DNA from: Chthoniobacteraceae bacterium
GTDB taxonomy: Bacteria > Verrucomicrobiota > Verrucomicrobiia > Chthoniobacterales > Chthoniobacteraceae
DNA length: 45,492 nucleotides
Reading direction: 5' to 3'
Assembly (NCBI GenBank): GCA_031409655.1
Contig: JANNXQ010000053.1
Location: 1-45,492, forward strand
Part shown: piece by piece, positions 27,222 through 37,040 of the stretch
How positions within the stretch are numbered: the first letter of the stretch is position 1
Layout: every line of letters starts with the position of its first letter
Position numbers and translations under genes: made by a program
The notes under the pieces: model-generated
What the model saw: only the letters and a program-made list of their open reading frames with translations
Database searches by the model: none
Told to the model about the DNA's origin: nothing

Positions 27222-29729
27222 TTATTTCCTAGAATACCTCGGGAGAGCGTTTTGCTTGGGGTTTCCTTCGATCCGGGTTTCCCACGTCACGAGGCGTTTC
27301 CGGATCTCCGGAGTGGTCATCGGGCCGGGATCGATCCAGCGGCCATCGTCCGAGAGGCGCATCGTGCCCATTTCAAAATCGAGCAACACGCGGAGCACAT
27401 CGTAGCCGACCCAGAGGCCGAGGAGGTCGTTTTGCGCGCTCAGGAGATCGCTGAGGGCGGAGACCAGGTCGCGCGCGGTGGTGGCTCCGAAGGTGGCCTG
27501 GGCTCCGGGTTTCGGCGGTTCGTCGAGGCGGAGCCGGGCGAGGTCCACCTGCGAGATGGCGGTCTGGACGGCGGAGCGGCGGAGCTCAAAGTTGAGCTGG
27601 CTGAGTTCCACGATGCGGATCGTATTGCGCAGACTCTGGCTCACGCGGTCCTCGAATTCGTCGTAGTCCCGGCGAGCCTGTTGGTAGTCGATGAGCGTCT
27701 CGCGGTAGTCGTTGCGCTCGCGCAGACGCTGGAGCGGGGTATCGAAACGCAGGCCGAAGCTCAGGTTTCCGTTGCGCCCATCGAAGCGCGCGGACCGATT
27801 GCCGATCGTGCCCAGGTCGCCCTTGGCGGTGAATGTGAGGCCGCTGAGCAGGGCGTTTGAGCTCACGTCGATCTGCCGCCAGCTATCCACGAGCCGGGCG
27901 CGGGCATTCATCCAGTCGAGCCGATGATCGCGGGCGATCGCGACGGCATCCTCCGCGGCGATGCGGACTGGCGGGAGCGCGAGCGTCTCGAGGCGGGTGG
28001 CCGTCTGGTCCAGCGAGAGCGCGAGGAGGAGACCGGAGAGCCGCGCGGCGAGCTGGCTGAATTCCGCGCGAGCAGGCTCCAGCTCGAGGGCGGCGAGAGC
28101 TTTCGAGTGCGCGCGCAAGGCGGTGAAAGTCTCGGCGACTTCCCGGACGAGCTGCGCATTGCGTCCGTCGAGTTGAGCGAGTTTCACGCCGAGCCGGGCT
28201 GGATCAAAGCGATTGCGCTCGATGCTCAGATTGTTCAGCTCCGGACGGACGCTCAGTTCGCGGAGCTGCTCCTGGCGGATGGGGAGATTCACCCGCGCCC
28301 GGTCGATGTCCGTGCGCACCTTGCCGGTGAGCTTGTCGAAGTCGTTTTCGAGGAGCAAAATTTCCCGCATTTGCCGGTCGATATCCGCGGGAGTCTTGAT
28401 CACTTCCCGATCCCGGATGACCTCGAGCACGTCGCTCAGCTCCTGGCTGAGCGCGGTGGCGGCGGGGTCGCTGAGCGCGAGCCGATCGAGCAAGGGATCG
28501 CGCACGACCACCGGCAGGCCAGGCGGCAGGCCAAGCTCGATCTTGTAGGTATCGAGCCGCGTCTGGTAGGCGGCCCGCGTCGAAAGGAGCTGGCTTTGGC
28601 TATTCGCGAGGGATTGCCGCGCTTGATCGACCTGCAAGCGGCTGGAGATGCGTCCCGCGTCGAAAGCCGCTTCGATCTGATCGAGGCTTTCGCGGAGGCG
28701 GGCGATGTTTGACTCCAGATTGCGGATGCGCTGCTGCTCCTCGAGCAAGCCCATGAGCCCGTCCGCCCGCGGCGCTCCTACGGAGCCCGAGGGCGACCCG
28801 GCGATCAGCCCGAGTCCACCCCCGCCCACCTCGCCCGATCGCGACGGACCTTCGCCGGCGCTGCGGCCCGTGGTCACGCGGATGTAGTAGCCGTGCTGGT
28901 ATTGCTCCATCTGCCGCACATTCGCGAGCAACTGGCGCTCCGAGCGGGTGAGATTTTCCAGCGTCACCGCGCGCCCGCCGAGGCGCAGGAGTGGCTGGAC
29001 GAGGCTGAAGTTCAGCAGCGAACCCGCGGAGTGAAAATGCGAGCCGTCGAAATCCCAGATGAGCGCATTGGCCAGTCTGGCGATCAATTCGCCGCCCGTC
29101 GCGGTCAGCCAGCGCACGCTCCCATCGGTGAGCACCGCGAGCCGGCCCGCGGGGTTCGAGCCCGACTGGCGGAGCGCGCCGGCGGCGGAATAGGCCGTCC
29201 CATTTCCGAGGCCAAACTGCGGATCAAATTCAAACCGCTCCGCACTCACATCGAGCGACGAGAGATACAGATCCTCACGCTCTTGCTGAAAAATGCGGGA
29301 GTTTCGGAGCCCGACCTGGACCACGTTTTCAAGATCGAGGAGCACTTCTCCCGCAGCATCGCGCGGCAGGGCGGCCAGCCAGTCGTCCGAGGTCGCCGGC
29401 GGCTCACCGGCCTGGCGCCACTTCGCCGGGCCGCGTTTCCCGTCCACCTTCTCCATGAGCGCGTGCGATGCGGGATCGTCCACCGGCATTGGCGGGGAGT
29501 CCGGGTCATTCGGATCAAAAAGGCGCGAGTCCGGCCCTGGCACAATCCCGGTCTCGCGCAGCGCCCAGCGCGGGTCGGCAGCTTTCTCAGTGATCAGGCG
29601 CTGCGCTTCGCGATCGGCGCTGTGGCGATAGTAAGAGCGCGCACAACCGACGAGGGAAAACACCGCCAGGAGGCCGACCGCGAGGGGGGCGATTCGGCGA
29701 AGATGGAGAGACGAAAGGGGTACGGTCAC
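27222..29729 (-). CDS. Large TolC-family outer membrane lipoprotein
   Basis: Lipobox LVGC, SLVQPLLR and FDTPL strands, helical repeats; abuts the adaptor gene. Confidence 0.82.
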   Translation of the reverse strand: MTVPLSSLHLRRIAPLAVGLLAVFSLVGCARSYYRHSADREAQRLITEKAADPRWALRETGIVPGPDSRLFDPNDPDSPPMPVDDPASHALMEKVDGKRGPAKWRQAGEPPATSDDWLAALPRDAAGEVLLDLENVVQVGLRNSRIFQQEREDLYLSSLDVSAERFEFDPQFGLGNGTAYSAAGALRQSGSNPAGRLAVLTDGSVRWLTATGGELIARLANALIWDFDGSHFHSAGSLLNFSLVQPLLRLGGRAVTLENLTRSERQLLANVRQMEQYQHGYYIRVTTGRSAGEGPSRSGEVGGGGLGLIAGSPSGSVGAPRADGLMGLLEEQQRIRNLESNIARLRESLDQIEAAFDAGRISSRLQVDQARQSLANSQSQLLSTRAAYQTRLDTYKIELGLPPGLPVVVRDPLLDRLALSDPAATALSQELSDVLEVIRDREVIKTPADIDRQMREILLLENDFDKLTGKVRTDIDRARVNLPIRQEQLRELSVRPELNNLSIERNRFDPARLGVKLAQLDGRNAQLVREVAETFTALRAHSKALAALELEPARAEFSQLAARLSGLLLALSLDQTATRLETLALPPVRIAAEDAVAIARDHRLDWMNARARLVDSWRQIDVSSNALLSGLTFTAKGDLGTIGNRSARFDGRNGNLSFGLRFDTPLQRLRERNDYRETLIDYQQARRDYDEFEDRVSQSLRNTIRIVELSQLNFELRRSAVQTAISQVDLARLRLDEPPKPGAQATFGATTARDLVSALSDLLSAQNDLLGLWVGYDVLRVLLDFEMGTMRLSDDGRWIDPGPMTTPEIRKRLVTWETRIEGNPKQNALPRYSRK

Positions 29730-29934
29730 AGGGTAGGCGGAAGCATAAACCTCCGAGGGAGCGTTACCTTAACTGCGAACGCGCTTTCGCGCCGAGCGGG
29801 AGATTGGAGCGCGCCGCGTCCCTCGGTTCTCCCGATGCTGGTTTCTTCTCGAAGTTTTCACCTTCATCCTCCCGGATCAAGCGGCGGTACGAGACGACGA
29901 GCATGAGGAGGAATGCTCCTTTCTGACGGCCCGT

Positions 29935-29983
29935 AAAACGACGCAACCTCTGTGAGCCGGGGGCCCACAGAGGCGCTGCGTCG
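29935..29983 (-). terminator. Probable intrinsic terminator after the di-heme gene
   Basis: Hairpin cgacgcaacctctgtg...cacagaggcgctgcgtcg followed by TTTT on the minus strand. Confidence 0.6.
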
Positions 29984-30006
29984 GGAATGCTGCGGCGAAA
30001 TCGCAG

Positions 30007-31254
30007 CTAGATCGAGTTCAAGAAGTCGAAGAGTTGCTGGCGTTGGGTGGGGCTGAGCGTCAGGTAGCGGTCGCGCGGGTTCCGGGCTTCGCCATCGTGG
30101 GCGCGGATGGCGTCATCGAGGGTCGCGGCGCGGCCGTCATGGAGATACGGCGCACTGGCACGGAGCCCCCAGAGCGGGGCCGTGCGCAGGTCGCGGGGAC
30201 CGGCTTGATCTTGCACGATGCCATCGCCGAGTGCGCCCATGTCGTGGAGCAGGAGATCGGAGAAGAGTGCCACGGGTTTCAGATTCAGCGCGGCGATCGA
30301 GTTCGGGCCGGTCTGCATGAGTGGGGTGTGGCAGCCTGCGCAATTGAGCTGCTGAAAGACTTGGCGGCCGGCGGCGGCGGACGGTGTGAGCGGGAGTGGC
30401 GGCGGCGGCGCGAGGAAACGCATGAAGTCCGCCGCAGCGTCGATGTCACCCTTGCCGGTTAGCGGGTCAGGTTCGTCCTCCGGATCCGCGACATTGTCGT
30501 AGGCAGCGAGCTTCGTGGCGTCGCCGTTTGGGGCATTTTCCTCAGGAAAAAAGCGGCTCGTGATGCCCATTTCGTTCAGGTAAGCATCGCCGGCGAAGGC
30601 CAGCAGTGAGGAAAGCTGCGCCTTCCAGCCGAACCGCCCGACCCGCGTCTCCCCGCTCACGACATCCAGCACCATCGACGCGCGGCCGCGGATGCCGTCG
30701 ATCGGCGCCCGCTGGACATTGCGCAGGATATCGCGATCGGGAATGGCCTCGATGAGTCCCAGCCCGAAGAGCGGCGTCGATTGCCGATGGGCAATCACAT
30801 TCGCCTCCGTCGGCACATCCTCCGCGGCACTCGGCTCGATCGCCCGCTGCTGGAGGAGCGAGCCGCCGAGCGCTGCGAGAGCATCGTAGCGGCCATTCAC
30901 CAGTCGGCCAAAGCGCGTCACTGTCACCGCCCCGCCCCCACCGACTCCGCCGCTGGCGTGGCAGGAGACGCAGGAGGTATTATTGAAAATGGGGCCGAGA
31001 CCGCCTTCCGCGTCTTCGGTGTTTTCAAACTCTTCAAGCCCCGCGCCAAACTCAGCAAGCTGCTGCGGCGTGAGCCCGGGGAGAGGGTCGCCAAACTGCC
31101 CGGCTCCGGATGCCGGAGGGAAGGGGAGAAGCGGAGCGTGACGGCGGATGGCTCGCTGCTTCGTTCCGGCGTGGGGTGATTGGGCGAGCGCGATGCTGGA
31201 GGTGAGAATGAGCCCGGCGAGGGTGAGGAGGGAAGGGAGGAAGGTTCTGTTCAT
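30007..31254 (-). CDS. Secreted di-heme oxidoreductase (DHOR-like)
   Basis: Signal peptide; heme motifs CVSCH and CAGCH; GLGPIFN, GRFGWKA, SDLLLHDMG, PYLHDGRA. Confidence 0.88.
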   Translation of the reverse strand: MNRTFLPSLLTLAGLILTSSIALAQSPHAGTKQRAIRRHAPLLPFPPASGAGQFGDPLPGLTPQQLAEFGAGLEEFENTEDAEGGLGPIFNNTSCVSCHASGGVGGGGAVTVTRFGRLVNGRYDALAALGGSLLQQRAIEPSAAEDVPTEANVIAHRQSTPLFGLGLIEAIPDRDILRNVQRAPIDGIRGRASMVLDVVSGETRVGRFGWKAQLSSLLAFAGDAYLNEMGITSRFFPEENAPNGDATKLAAYDNVADPEDEPDPLTGKGDIDAAADFMRFLAPPPPLPLTPSAAAGRQVFQQLNCAGCHTPLMQTGPNSIAALNLKPVALFSDLLLHDMGALGDGIVQDQAGPRDLRTAPLWGLRASAPYLHDGRAATLDDAIRAHDGEARNPRDRYLTLSPTQRQQLFDFLNSI

Positions 31255-31273
31255 GCCTCCCGATTTAAGGCGG

Positions 31274-31295
31274 TGAACCTTAAGCGGACGTTAAG
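31274..31295 (-). promoter_or_regulatory. Putative OmpR-family binding site CTTAA-N6-CTTAA
   Basis: ttaag at 31280 and 31291 (11-bp period) just upstream of the DHOR start. Confidence 0.6.
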
Positions 31296-31386
31296 ATGAA
31301 AAATTATTCCTAATAATCGGAGGGGGCATTTGAAAGGCCGGGAATGCTTTCCTCTTCCCCCCCAATGGCGTTCACCAAGCCCCCGG

Positions 31387-32280
31387 CTAAAACGCCCACT
31401 TTACCGCCAGGGCCCCAAACGGTGCGGCGTCGAGATCGGTCGTCTTCAGCACCCGCTCGTCCGCATCTCGCAATTCCAGCTCGCCGCCGAAGGCGAACCC
31501 CGCCCGGGCGTTGATCCGCCAGTGCGCGCCCAGCTTCCGCTCCACGCTCAAGGCGGCCCGCCAGAGGCTCAAATCCACCTGCCGCACGGCGCCTCTTTTG
31601 CCACCCACTTCCCAGCCCCCGCCGCCCGGGTAGGTCACCAGCCCCACCATCCAGTCGGGACTCGGACGCCAGCCGATGGCCACGATGGGCGGCGTGGCCT
31701 GGATGGTCCACTGATCGTTTGGCCGCCAGATGAAGCCAATCGCCGGGATGACGGTCGCTTCATTCAGGCCGTAGCTGGCGAAAACGCCGCCGGCCACGTC
31801 CAGACGCGGACTCCAGCGATAGCCGAGCAGCGCCAGACTCGTGGCCGTAAAACTCCCGGAGCCGACCTCTTCAAAATCCGTGGCCACGCCCGGCGAGAGA
31901 AAGCCGAGCGCCCACCAAGGCGAACCTTCGCGCCGAAACGCCGCGAAGATTTGCGCCTTCACGATCTGGAGTTCCCTAGTGCCGAGACTGAGCTGCGAGC
32001 CAAAGTCGGCATGGGTCCACGAATAATTGAGCGACGCCCCGAGGATCCAATCCCCGACATTCCACTTTGCCAGCGGGGCCACGGTGCGCACTTCGAAGGT
32101 CTCCAAACCGCCGTTGCCATTCTCGTAATCGAGCGTGCCCTGATACGTCGTATCGAGCGTGAAGGCTGGCGGACCGTACCCGAGCGCGGCGGGGTCGATG
32201 AGTTCCGCGGCGCGCAGCGGCGGAGTGGCGATGAACAAGGCAAGGGAGAGCGCGCCGAGGGCGGGGAAAAGAGTAGGCAT
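31387..32280 (-). CDS. Outer membrane beta-barrel protein (DUF6268-like)
   Basis: Signal peptide, alternating amphipathic strands, terminal AVKWAF. Confidence 0.75.
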   Translation of the reverse strand: MPTLFPALGALSLALFIATPPLRAAELIDPAALGYGPPAFTLDTTYQGTLDYENGNGGLETFEVRTVAPLAKWNVGDWILGASLNYSWTHADFGSQLSLGTRELQIVKAQIFAAFRREGSPWWALGFLSPGVATDFEEVGSGSFTATSLALLGYRWSPRLDVAGGVFASYGLNEATVIPAIGFIWRPNDQWTIQATPPIVAIGWRPSPDWMVGLVTYPGGGGWEVGGKRGAVRQVDLSLWRAALSVERKLGAHWRINARAGFAFGGELELRDADERVLKTTDLDAAPFGALAVKWAF

Positions 32281-32350
32281 GGGTTTCGATCCGGGAGGAA
32301 ACAGAGTTCGGACGCAATACGCGCCAAAAATCATCCGCGCGCTGCGCGAT

Positions 32351-33769
32351 TCATGCCTCTGGCAGCCGGAGCGTGAAGGTGCTCCCGCTCCCCACGGTGC
32401 TCTCGAGGGTGAGGGTGCCGCCGTGGGCGCTGGCGATGGTCTGGCAAATCGCGAGGCCGAGTCCCGCACCGCCGGTGCGGCGATTGCGTGACTGATCCAC
32501 GCGGTAAAAGCGATCGAAGATGCGGGCCGCATCTTCGGGGGCGATGCCGGGGCCGGTGTCGCTGACGGCGAGGATGGCGTCCGCGTTCTCGCGCCGGGCG
32601 CGGATCGTGATGGTGCCGCCCGCCGGGGTGTACTCGAGCGCGTTGTTCACGAGATTCAGGATGACTTGCGCGATGCGGTCTGGGTCGGCGTGGCAAGGGG
32701 CGGGGGCGAGATCGAGGTCGAGGCGGACCTGGCGCTCGGCAGCCGTGGGCTGGAGTAATTCCGCGGACTCTCGGGCGAGGCTGGCGAGGTCGGTGGGTTG
32801 CGATTTCAGATCCGCGGCGCCGGCGTCGTGGCGGGTGAGTTCGAGCAGGGATTGCGTGAGCTTTTCCATCCGCCGACCGGCGCGTAGGCAGGCGTCGAGC
32901 ATTCCGCGATATTCTTCCGCGCTGCGTTCCGCGCGGAGTCCGAGCTGAGCTTGCGAAATGACGACGCTTACGGGAGTCCGCAGTTCGTGGGCGGCGTCGG
33001 CGGTGAACTGCGCCTGCTGCGCGAAGGTCGCCTCCAATTGCGCAAAGGTGGAGTTGAGCACGGTCGCGAGTTGCCCGAGTTCGCCGCGGTCGTCGGTCAA
33101 ATGGATGCGTTCGGCGAGTCGCCCTTCGGCGATGTATCCGGCGGTGTTGGTGATCGCGTCGAGTGGTCGGAGCGCGCGGGTGGTGATCCACCAGCCTCCG
33201 CCGAGACCGAGCAGCAGGATCGCGCTGGCGATCCCGGTCAGCCATGCGGCGTAGTCGCGGAGGGCGGTCATTTCTGGGCCCATCGAACGCCCCACGAGAA
33301 TGCAATCCCCTGGCGGAGTGAACCGGAAAACTTCGTGCAGGAGGCCGCGATTCCGATCCAGCCCGCCGAGCTTGCCCTGCGGAGGGCGCGCGGGCAGCGG
33401 GATCTCCGCGGGAGCGCCGGCCGAGCGCGCCCATTCCGAGCCATCCCGGCGCCAGACCACGAAGTAGCTGGACTTCGGATTCTGCGGATCGAAGAGCGCC
33501 TGCTGCTCGCTCGGCAGCCGGAATTCAGGCCGGCGTGGTCGGTTCGGCGGAGGCTGCGGAAACTGCCCCGGTGGCGGCGGGCGACCCCCATCGCGCGAGA
33601 GCGCATCGAAGAGCAGCGCCAGGCGCTCATTCAGGTCGCCGTCCAAGCGCCGGAGGTCATTTGACCACTGATGCTGATAGGCCGCCACGCCCAGCCCAGC
33701 GAGCACCGCCACGAGCAGCAGCCCGTGCCAGATTTGCATCCGCCAGCGCAGGGAATGCGTCGCCTTCAT
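32351..33769 (-). CDS. Membrane sensor histidine kinase (TM-HAMP-HisKA-HATPase)
   Basis: FTADAAHELRTP, NLVNNA, DTGPGI, FDRFYR, GAGLGL; ATGA overlap with the regulator. Confidence 0.95.
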   Translation of the reverse strand: MKATHSLRWRMQIWHGLLLVAVLAGLGVAAYQHQWSNDLRRLDGDLNERLALLFDALSRDGGRPPPPGQFPQPPPNRPRRPEFRLPSEQQALFDPQNPKSSYFVVWRRDGSEWARSAGAPAEIPLPARPPQGKLGGLDRNRGLLHEVFRFTPPGDCILVGRSMGPEMTALRDYAAWLTGIASAILLLGLGGGWWITTRALRPLDAITNTAGYIAEGRLAERIHLTDDRGELGQLATVLNSTFAQLEATFAQQAQFTADAAHELRTPVSVVISQAQLGLRAERSAEEYRGMLDACLRAGRRMEKLTQSLLELTRHDAGAADLKSQPTDLASLARESAELLQPTAAERQVRLDLDLAPAPCHADPDRIAQVILNLVNNALEYTPAGGTITIRARRENADAILAVSDTGPGIAPEDAARIFDRFYRVDQSRNRRTGGAGLGLAICQTIASAHGGTLTLESTVGSGSTFTLRLPEA

Positions 33770-34416
33770 TCGATGCTGTAGCCGTGGCCGCGGCGGGTGG
33801 TGATGAATTCGTGGCCGAGCTTTTTCCGCAGGTTGGAAACGTGGACATCGAGCAGGTTCGAAAGGGTGTCGTCGCACTCGTCGAAGAGATGTTCGTAGAG
33901 TTGCGTCCGCGAGACCACCCGGCCGCGCTGCTGCGCGAGATATTCCAGGAGCGCATACTCGCGTGCGGTCACGTCGATCTCCGCATCAGCCCGGCGCACT
34001 CTGCGGGCCGCGAAGTCGATGGTCACGTCCCCGATGCTCATCGAAGAAGTGGAGTGGCCCAGGGCCCGCCGGATCAGCGCCCGCAGCCGCGCGAGCAGCT
34101 CATCGAGATCGAAAGGCTTCGCGAGATAATCGTCCGCCCCGGAATTCAGCCCGCGCACGCGATCGATGGATTCGGCGCGCGCCGTGAGCATCAGCACCGG
34201 CGTCGCCTTGGTCTCGCGCAGTTTCTTGAGCACGGTGAAGCCATCCAGCACCGGCAGCATCACATCGAGCACGATGGCATCGTAGGCCGTGTTCTTCGCC
34301 TTATAGAGCCCCGTCTCGCCATCCTCCGCGACATCCACCGCATACCCTTCTTCGCGCAAGACCTGAGCAAGCCCCCGGAGGATGTCAGGTTCATCTTCAA
34401 CGATCAGGATACGCAT
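33766..34416 (-). CDS. OmpR/PhoB family response regulator
   Basis: MRILIVEDE, LDVMLP, GADDYLAKPF, winged helix ending TRRGHGY. Confidence 0.95.
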   Translation of the reverse strand: MRILIVEDEPDILRGLAQVLREEGYAVDVAEDGETGLYKAKNTAYDAIVLDVMLPVLDGFTVLKKLRETKATPVLMLTARAESIDRVRGLNSGADDYLAKPFDLDELLARLRALIRRALGHSTSSMSIGDVTIDFAARRVRRADAEIDVTAREYALLEYLAQQRGRVVSRTQLYEHLFDECDDTLSNLLDVHVSNLRKKLGHEFITTRRGHGYSIE

Positions 34417-34458
34417 GGCCGGGAGCAGTGAGCATAAAGCACCACGAAGGTGAAACAC

Positions 34459-34480
34459 TGAACCTTAAAGGATGATGAAG
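34459..34480 (-). promoter_or_regulatory. Degenerate copy of the DHOR-upstream box (possible autoregulation)
   Basis: tgaaccttaaaggatgatgaag versus tgaaccttaagcggacgttaag at 31274. Confidence 0.45.
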
Positions 34481-34550
34481 GCGGTGCCCGGCGGCGGCTG
34501 CTCGGAGCAGGTTTTGAATGCCGGTCGGGTGAGCCGAGGTCGATGACCCA

Positions 34551-34691
34551 TTTTTAAAACGCAGAGACGCAGAGGCGCAGAGGTCGCAGAGGACGCAGAG
34601 AGATCAGTCATTTTCAGCGATCGCTGAATTGGAGGCACGAGACCGCATTTCCTCTGCGTCCTCTGCGTCTCTGCGTCTCTGCGTTTAAAAA
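34551..34691. repeat. Palindromic element with tandem CGCAGAG arms
   Basis: tttttaaaa(cgcagag..)5 ... (ctctgcg..)4tttaaaaa, with inner palindrome ttcagcgatcgctgaa. Confidence 0.85.
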
Positions 34692-34715
34692 CCAACGCCC
34701 CGGTCCCGCGCCGGT

Positions 34716-36962
34716 TCAAAGCAGTTGATACGCGTCCACATCCACCGTGACGAAGACGTCTTCGGGGAAGGTGAGCTTTTCCAAGACCGCGGCGAGATGC
34801 CGGGAAAGGCGCTGGATGGCGTGGGTGCGGAGCATCAGGTGGAAGCGGTAGTTGCCGTGAGATTTTTCCAGCGGGGCGGGGGCGGGTTCGCCGAGGGTGA
34901 CGTTGGCGGGGAGCGCTTCCTTGAGTCGGCGGTGCAGGGTTTGGGCGGAAAATTCGGCGCGGTCTTTGTGCAGGCTGCGGATGAGGATGAGCACGAGATG
35001 GGAGAAGGGTGGGTAATCCCACTGGCGGCGGAATTCGATCTCCTGCTCCCAGTAGCCGTCGAAGTCGTGCTGCCGCGCGTGCTGAATCGAAGGGCTAAAG
35101 GGCGTGAAACTTTGCACGAAGACTTCACCCTCCACATCGCCGCGTCCCGCGCGGCCGGCGACTTGCGTGAGGAGCTGAAAGGTGCGCTCGCCGGCGCGGA
35201 AATCGGGGATGTGCAGCGAGAGGTCGGCGTTGATGATGCCGACGAGCGTGACGTTGGGAAAGTGCAGGCCCTTCGCGATCATTTGCGTGCCGACGAGGAT
35301 GTCGATCTTGCCCTGGCGGAAAGCGGTGAGCGTTTCGCGGAAGGCGTCTTTGCGCTGCATGACGTCGGCGTCCATGCGCTTCACCACAGCTTTCGGGAAA
35401 AATTTTGTCACGGTGTCTTCCACCTTCTCGGTGCCGGTGCCGGTGTACTTGATTCCAGGGTCGCGGCACTCCGGGCACTTCGTCGGCGCGATGGCCTGGT
35501 AGCCGCAGATGTGGCAGACGACGCGCGCGGCGCTGCGGTGAAAGGTGAGGCCGATCGAGCAATTTGGGCACTCGCAGACGTGCCCGCATTTCTCGCAGAT
35601 GAGCGAAGTGCTGAAGCCGCGGCGATTCAGAAACAGGATGGTCTGCTCCTTCTTTTCGAGCCGCACATTGATCGCGGTGATCAGGCGCTCGGAGAGGATC
35701 GCCGACTTTTTCTTCGACTCCATGCGCATGTCGATGATGCGGATGTAAGGCATCTTGCGGTCGTCGATGCGCGTGGTCATGCGGACGAGTTCGTATTTGC
35801 CCTGCTGCGCGTTCCAGTAGCTCTCCAGAGAAGGCGTGGCGCTGCCAAGCAGCACCGCGCAGCCTTCCATCTTGCTCCGGAGCACGGCGATGTCGCGTCC
35901 GTGGTAGCGCGGCGCCTCCTCCTGCTTGTAGGTGTTCTCGTGCTCTTCATCGACGACGATCAGGCCGACGTTTTCGCACGGGGCGAAAATGGCGCTGCGG
36001 GCGCCGATAACAATCCGCGCGCGGCCGTCCCGGATCTTGTGCCACTCATCGTGCCGCTCGCCTTCGCTGAGGTGCGAGTGCAGCACGGCGACTTCGTGCT
36101 GCGTGGCGGCAAAGCGCGACTTGAAGCGCTCGACGGTCTGTGGCGTGAGCGAGATCTCCGGCACGAGCATGATGGCCGTCTGCCCGCGCTCGAGGACGCG
36201 GTCGATGGCCTGGAGATAGATCTCCGTCTTCCCGCTGCCCGTCACGCCGTGGAGGAGGATCGGCTTCGGTGGGGGAATGGCCGATGGCCCATCGCCGATG
36301 GCAAACCCATCGATCGCCGCACAGACGCGGGCGAAGACCACGAGCTGCTCCGCATTCATCTCCAGCTTCGCCGCCGCGAGGAAAGTCTCGCCTTGCGACG
36401 GATCCCGCTCGACCCGCGCGGGCTCAGCGAAGACGAACCCCTTCTTGACCAGCGCCTGGACCACGGAATGCGTGGCATCGCACTTTTCCGCGAGATCGGC
36501 GACGGCGACCGACACGGCAGCTTGCGTGAGATATTCCACGACGCCTGCCTGGAGCGGAGCCTTGCGGCGCAGCGCGTCCACTTCCTCTGCCGTCACCTCC
36601 CGCGCGAGCCGCGCAAAGAGCCGCGTCTGGTGTCCCACTTCTGCTTTGCGGATGACTTGCGGGAGGATGCTCCGCATCGCCGCCTCGATCGAGCAGCAGT
36701 AGTAATCCGCGATCCAGCGCCCGAGTTCGATGAGCCGCGGACTGAGGATCGGCGCTGCACTCACCACCTCCGTGATCAGCTTCACCCCCGGCACGTCCGT
36801 CGTCGCGAGCAGCTCGATCACCGTGGCCAGCGCCGTCCGCGTCCGCACCGCCACGCGCACCCGCGAACCCACCTTCAACGAATCCGCCACGGCCTCGGGA
36901 AGCTCGTAGTCAAACGCCTTCCCGGCGGAATCATCGACGAGGACTCGGGCAAAGCGGGGCAT
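34716..36962 (-). CDS. priA: Primosomal protein N' (replication restart helicase)
   Basis: GVTGSGKTE, VPEISLT, DEEH, GSATPS, Cys-rich zinc region, GTQMIAKG, QVAGRAGR. Confidence 0.97.
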   Translation of the reverse strand: MPRFARVLVDDSAGKAFDYELPEAVADSLKVGSRVRVAVRTRTALATVIELLATTDVPGVKLITEVVSAAPILSPRLIELGRWIADYYCCSIEAAMRSILPQVIRKAEVGHQTRLFARLAREVTAEEVDALRRKAPLQAGVVEYLTQAAVSVAVADLAEKCDATHSVVQALVKKGFVFAEPARVERDPSQGETFLAAAKLEMNAEQLVVFARVCAAIDGFAIGDGPSAIPPPKPILLHGVTGSGKTEIYLQAIDRVLERGQTAIMLVPEISLTPQTVERFKSRFAATQHEVAVLHSHLSEGERHDEWHKIRDGRARIVIGARSAIFAPCENVGLIVVDEEHENTYKQEEAPRYHGRDIAVLRSKMEGCAVLLGSATPSLESYWNAQQGKYELVRMTTRIDDRKMPYIRIIDMRMESKKKSAILSERLITAINVRLEKKEQTILFLNRRGFSTSLICEKCGHVCECPNCSIGLTFHRSAARVVCHICGYQAIAPTKCPECRDPGIKYTGTGTEKVEDTVTKFFPKAVVKRMDADVMQRKDAFRETLTAFRQGKIDILVGTQMIAKGLHFPNVTLVGIINADLSLHIPDFRAGERTFQLLTQVAGRAGRGDVEGEVFVQSFTPFSPSIQHARQHDFDGYWEQEIEFRRQWDYPPFSHLVLILIRSLHKDRAEFSAQTLHRRLKEALPANVTLGEPAPAPLEKSHGNYRFHLMLRTHAIQRLSRHLAAVLEKLTFPEDVFVTVDVDAYQLL

Positions 36963-37040
36963 CCCGCGAAGATGCGGCGCGCGCGCACTTTTGCCAAAGC
37001 GAAAGCGCCCCGCGGACGCGGTGCCGTCGTGGGAACCGGA

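Noticed and set aside
29765..29870. Single ccttaa and a gaaggtgaaa-like match upstream of tolC
   Set aside because: There is no 11-bp-period pair, so the exporter cannot be placed in the regulon.
34551..34691. Repeat arrays as a possible CRISPR
   Set aside because: Units are 7-9 bp and abut each other without unique spacers; no cas genes are present.
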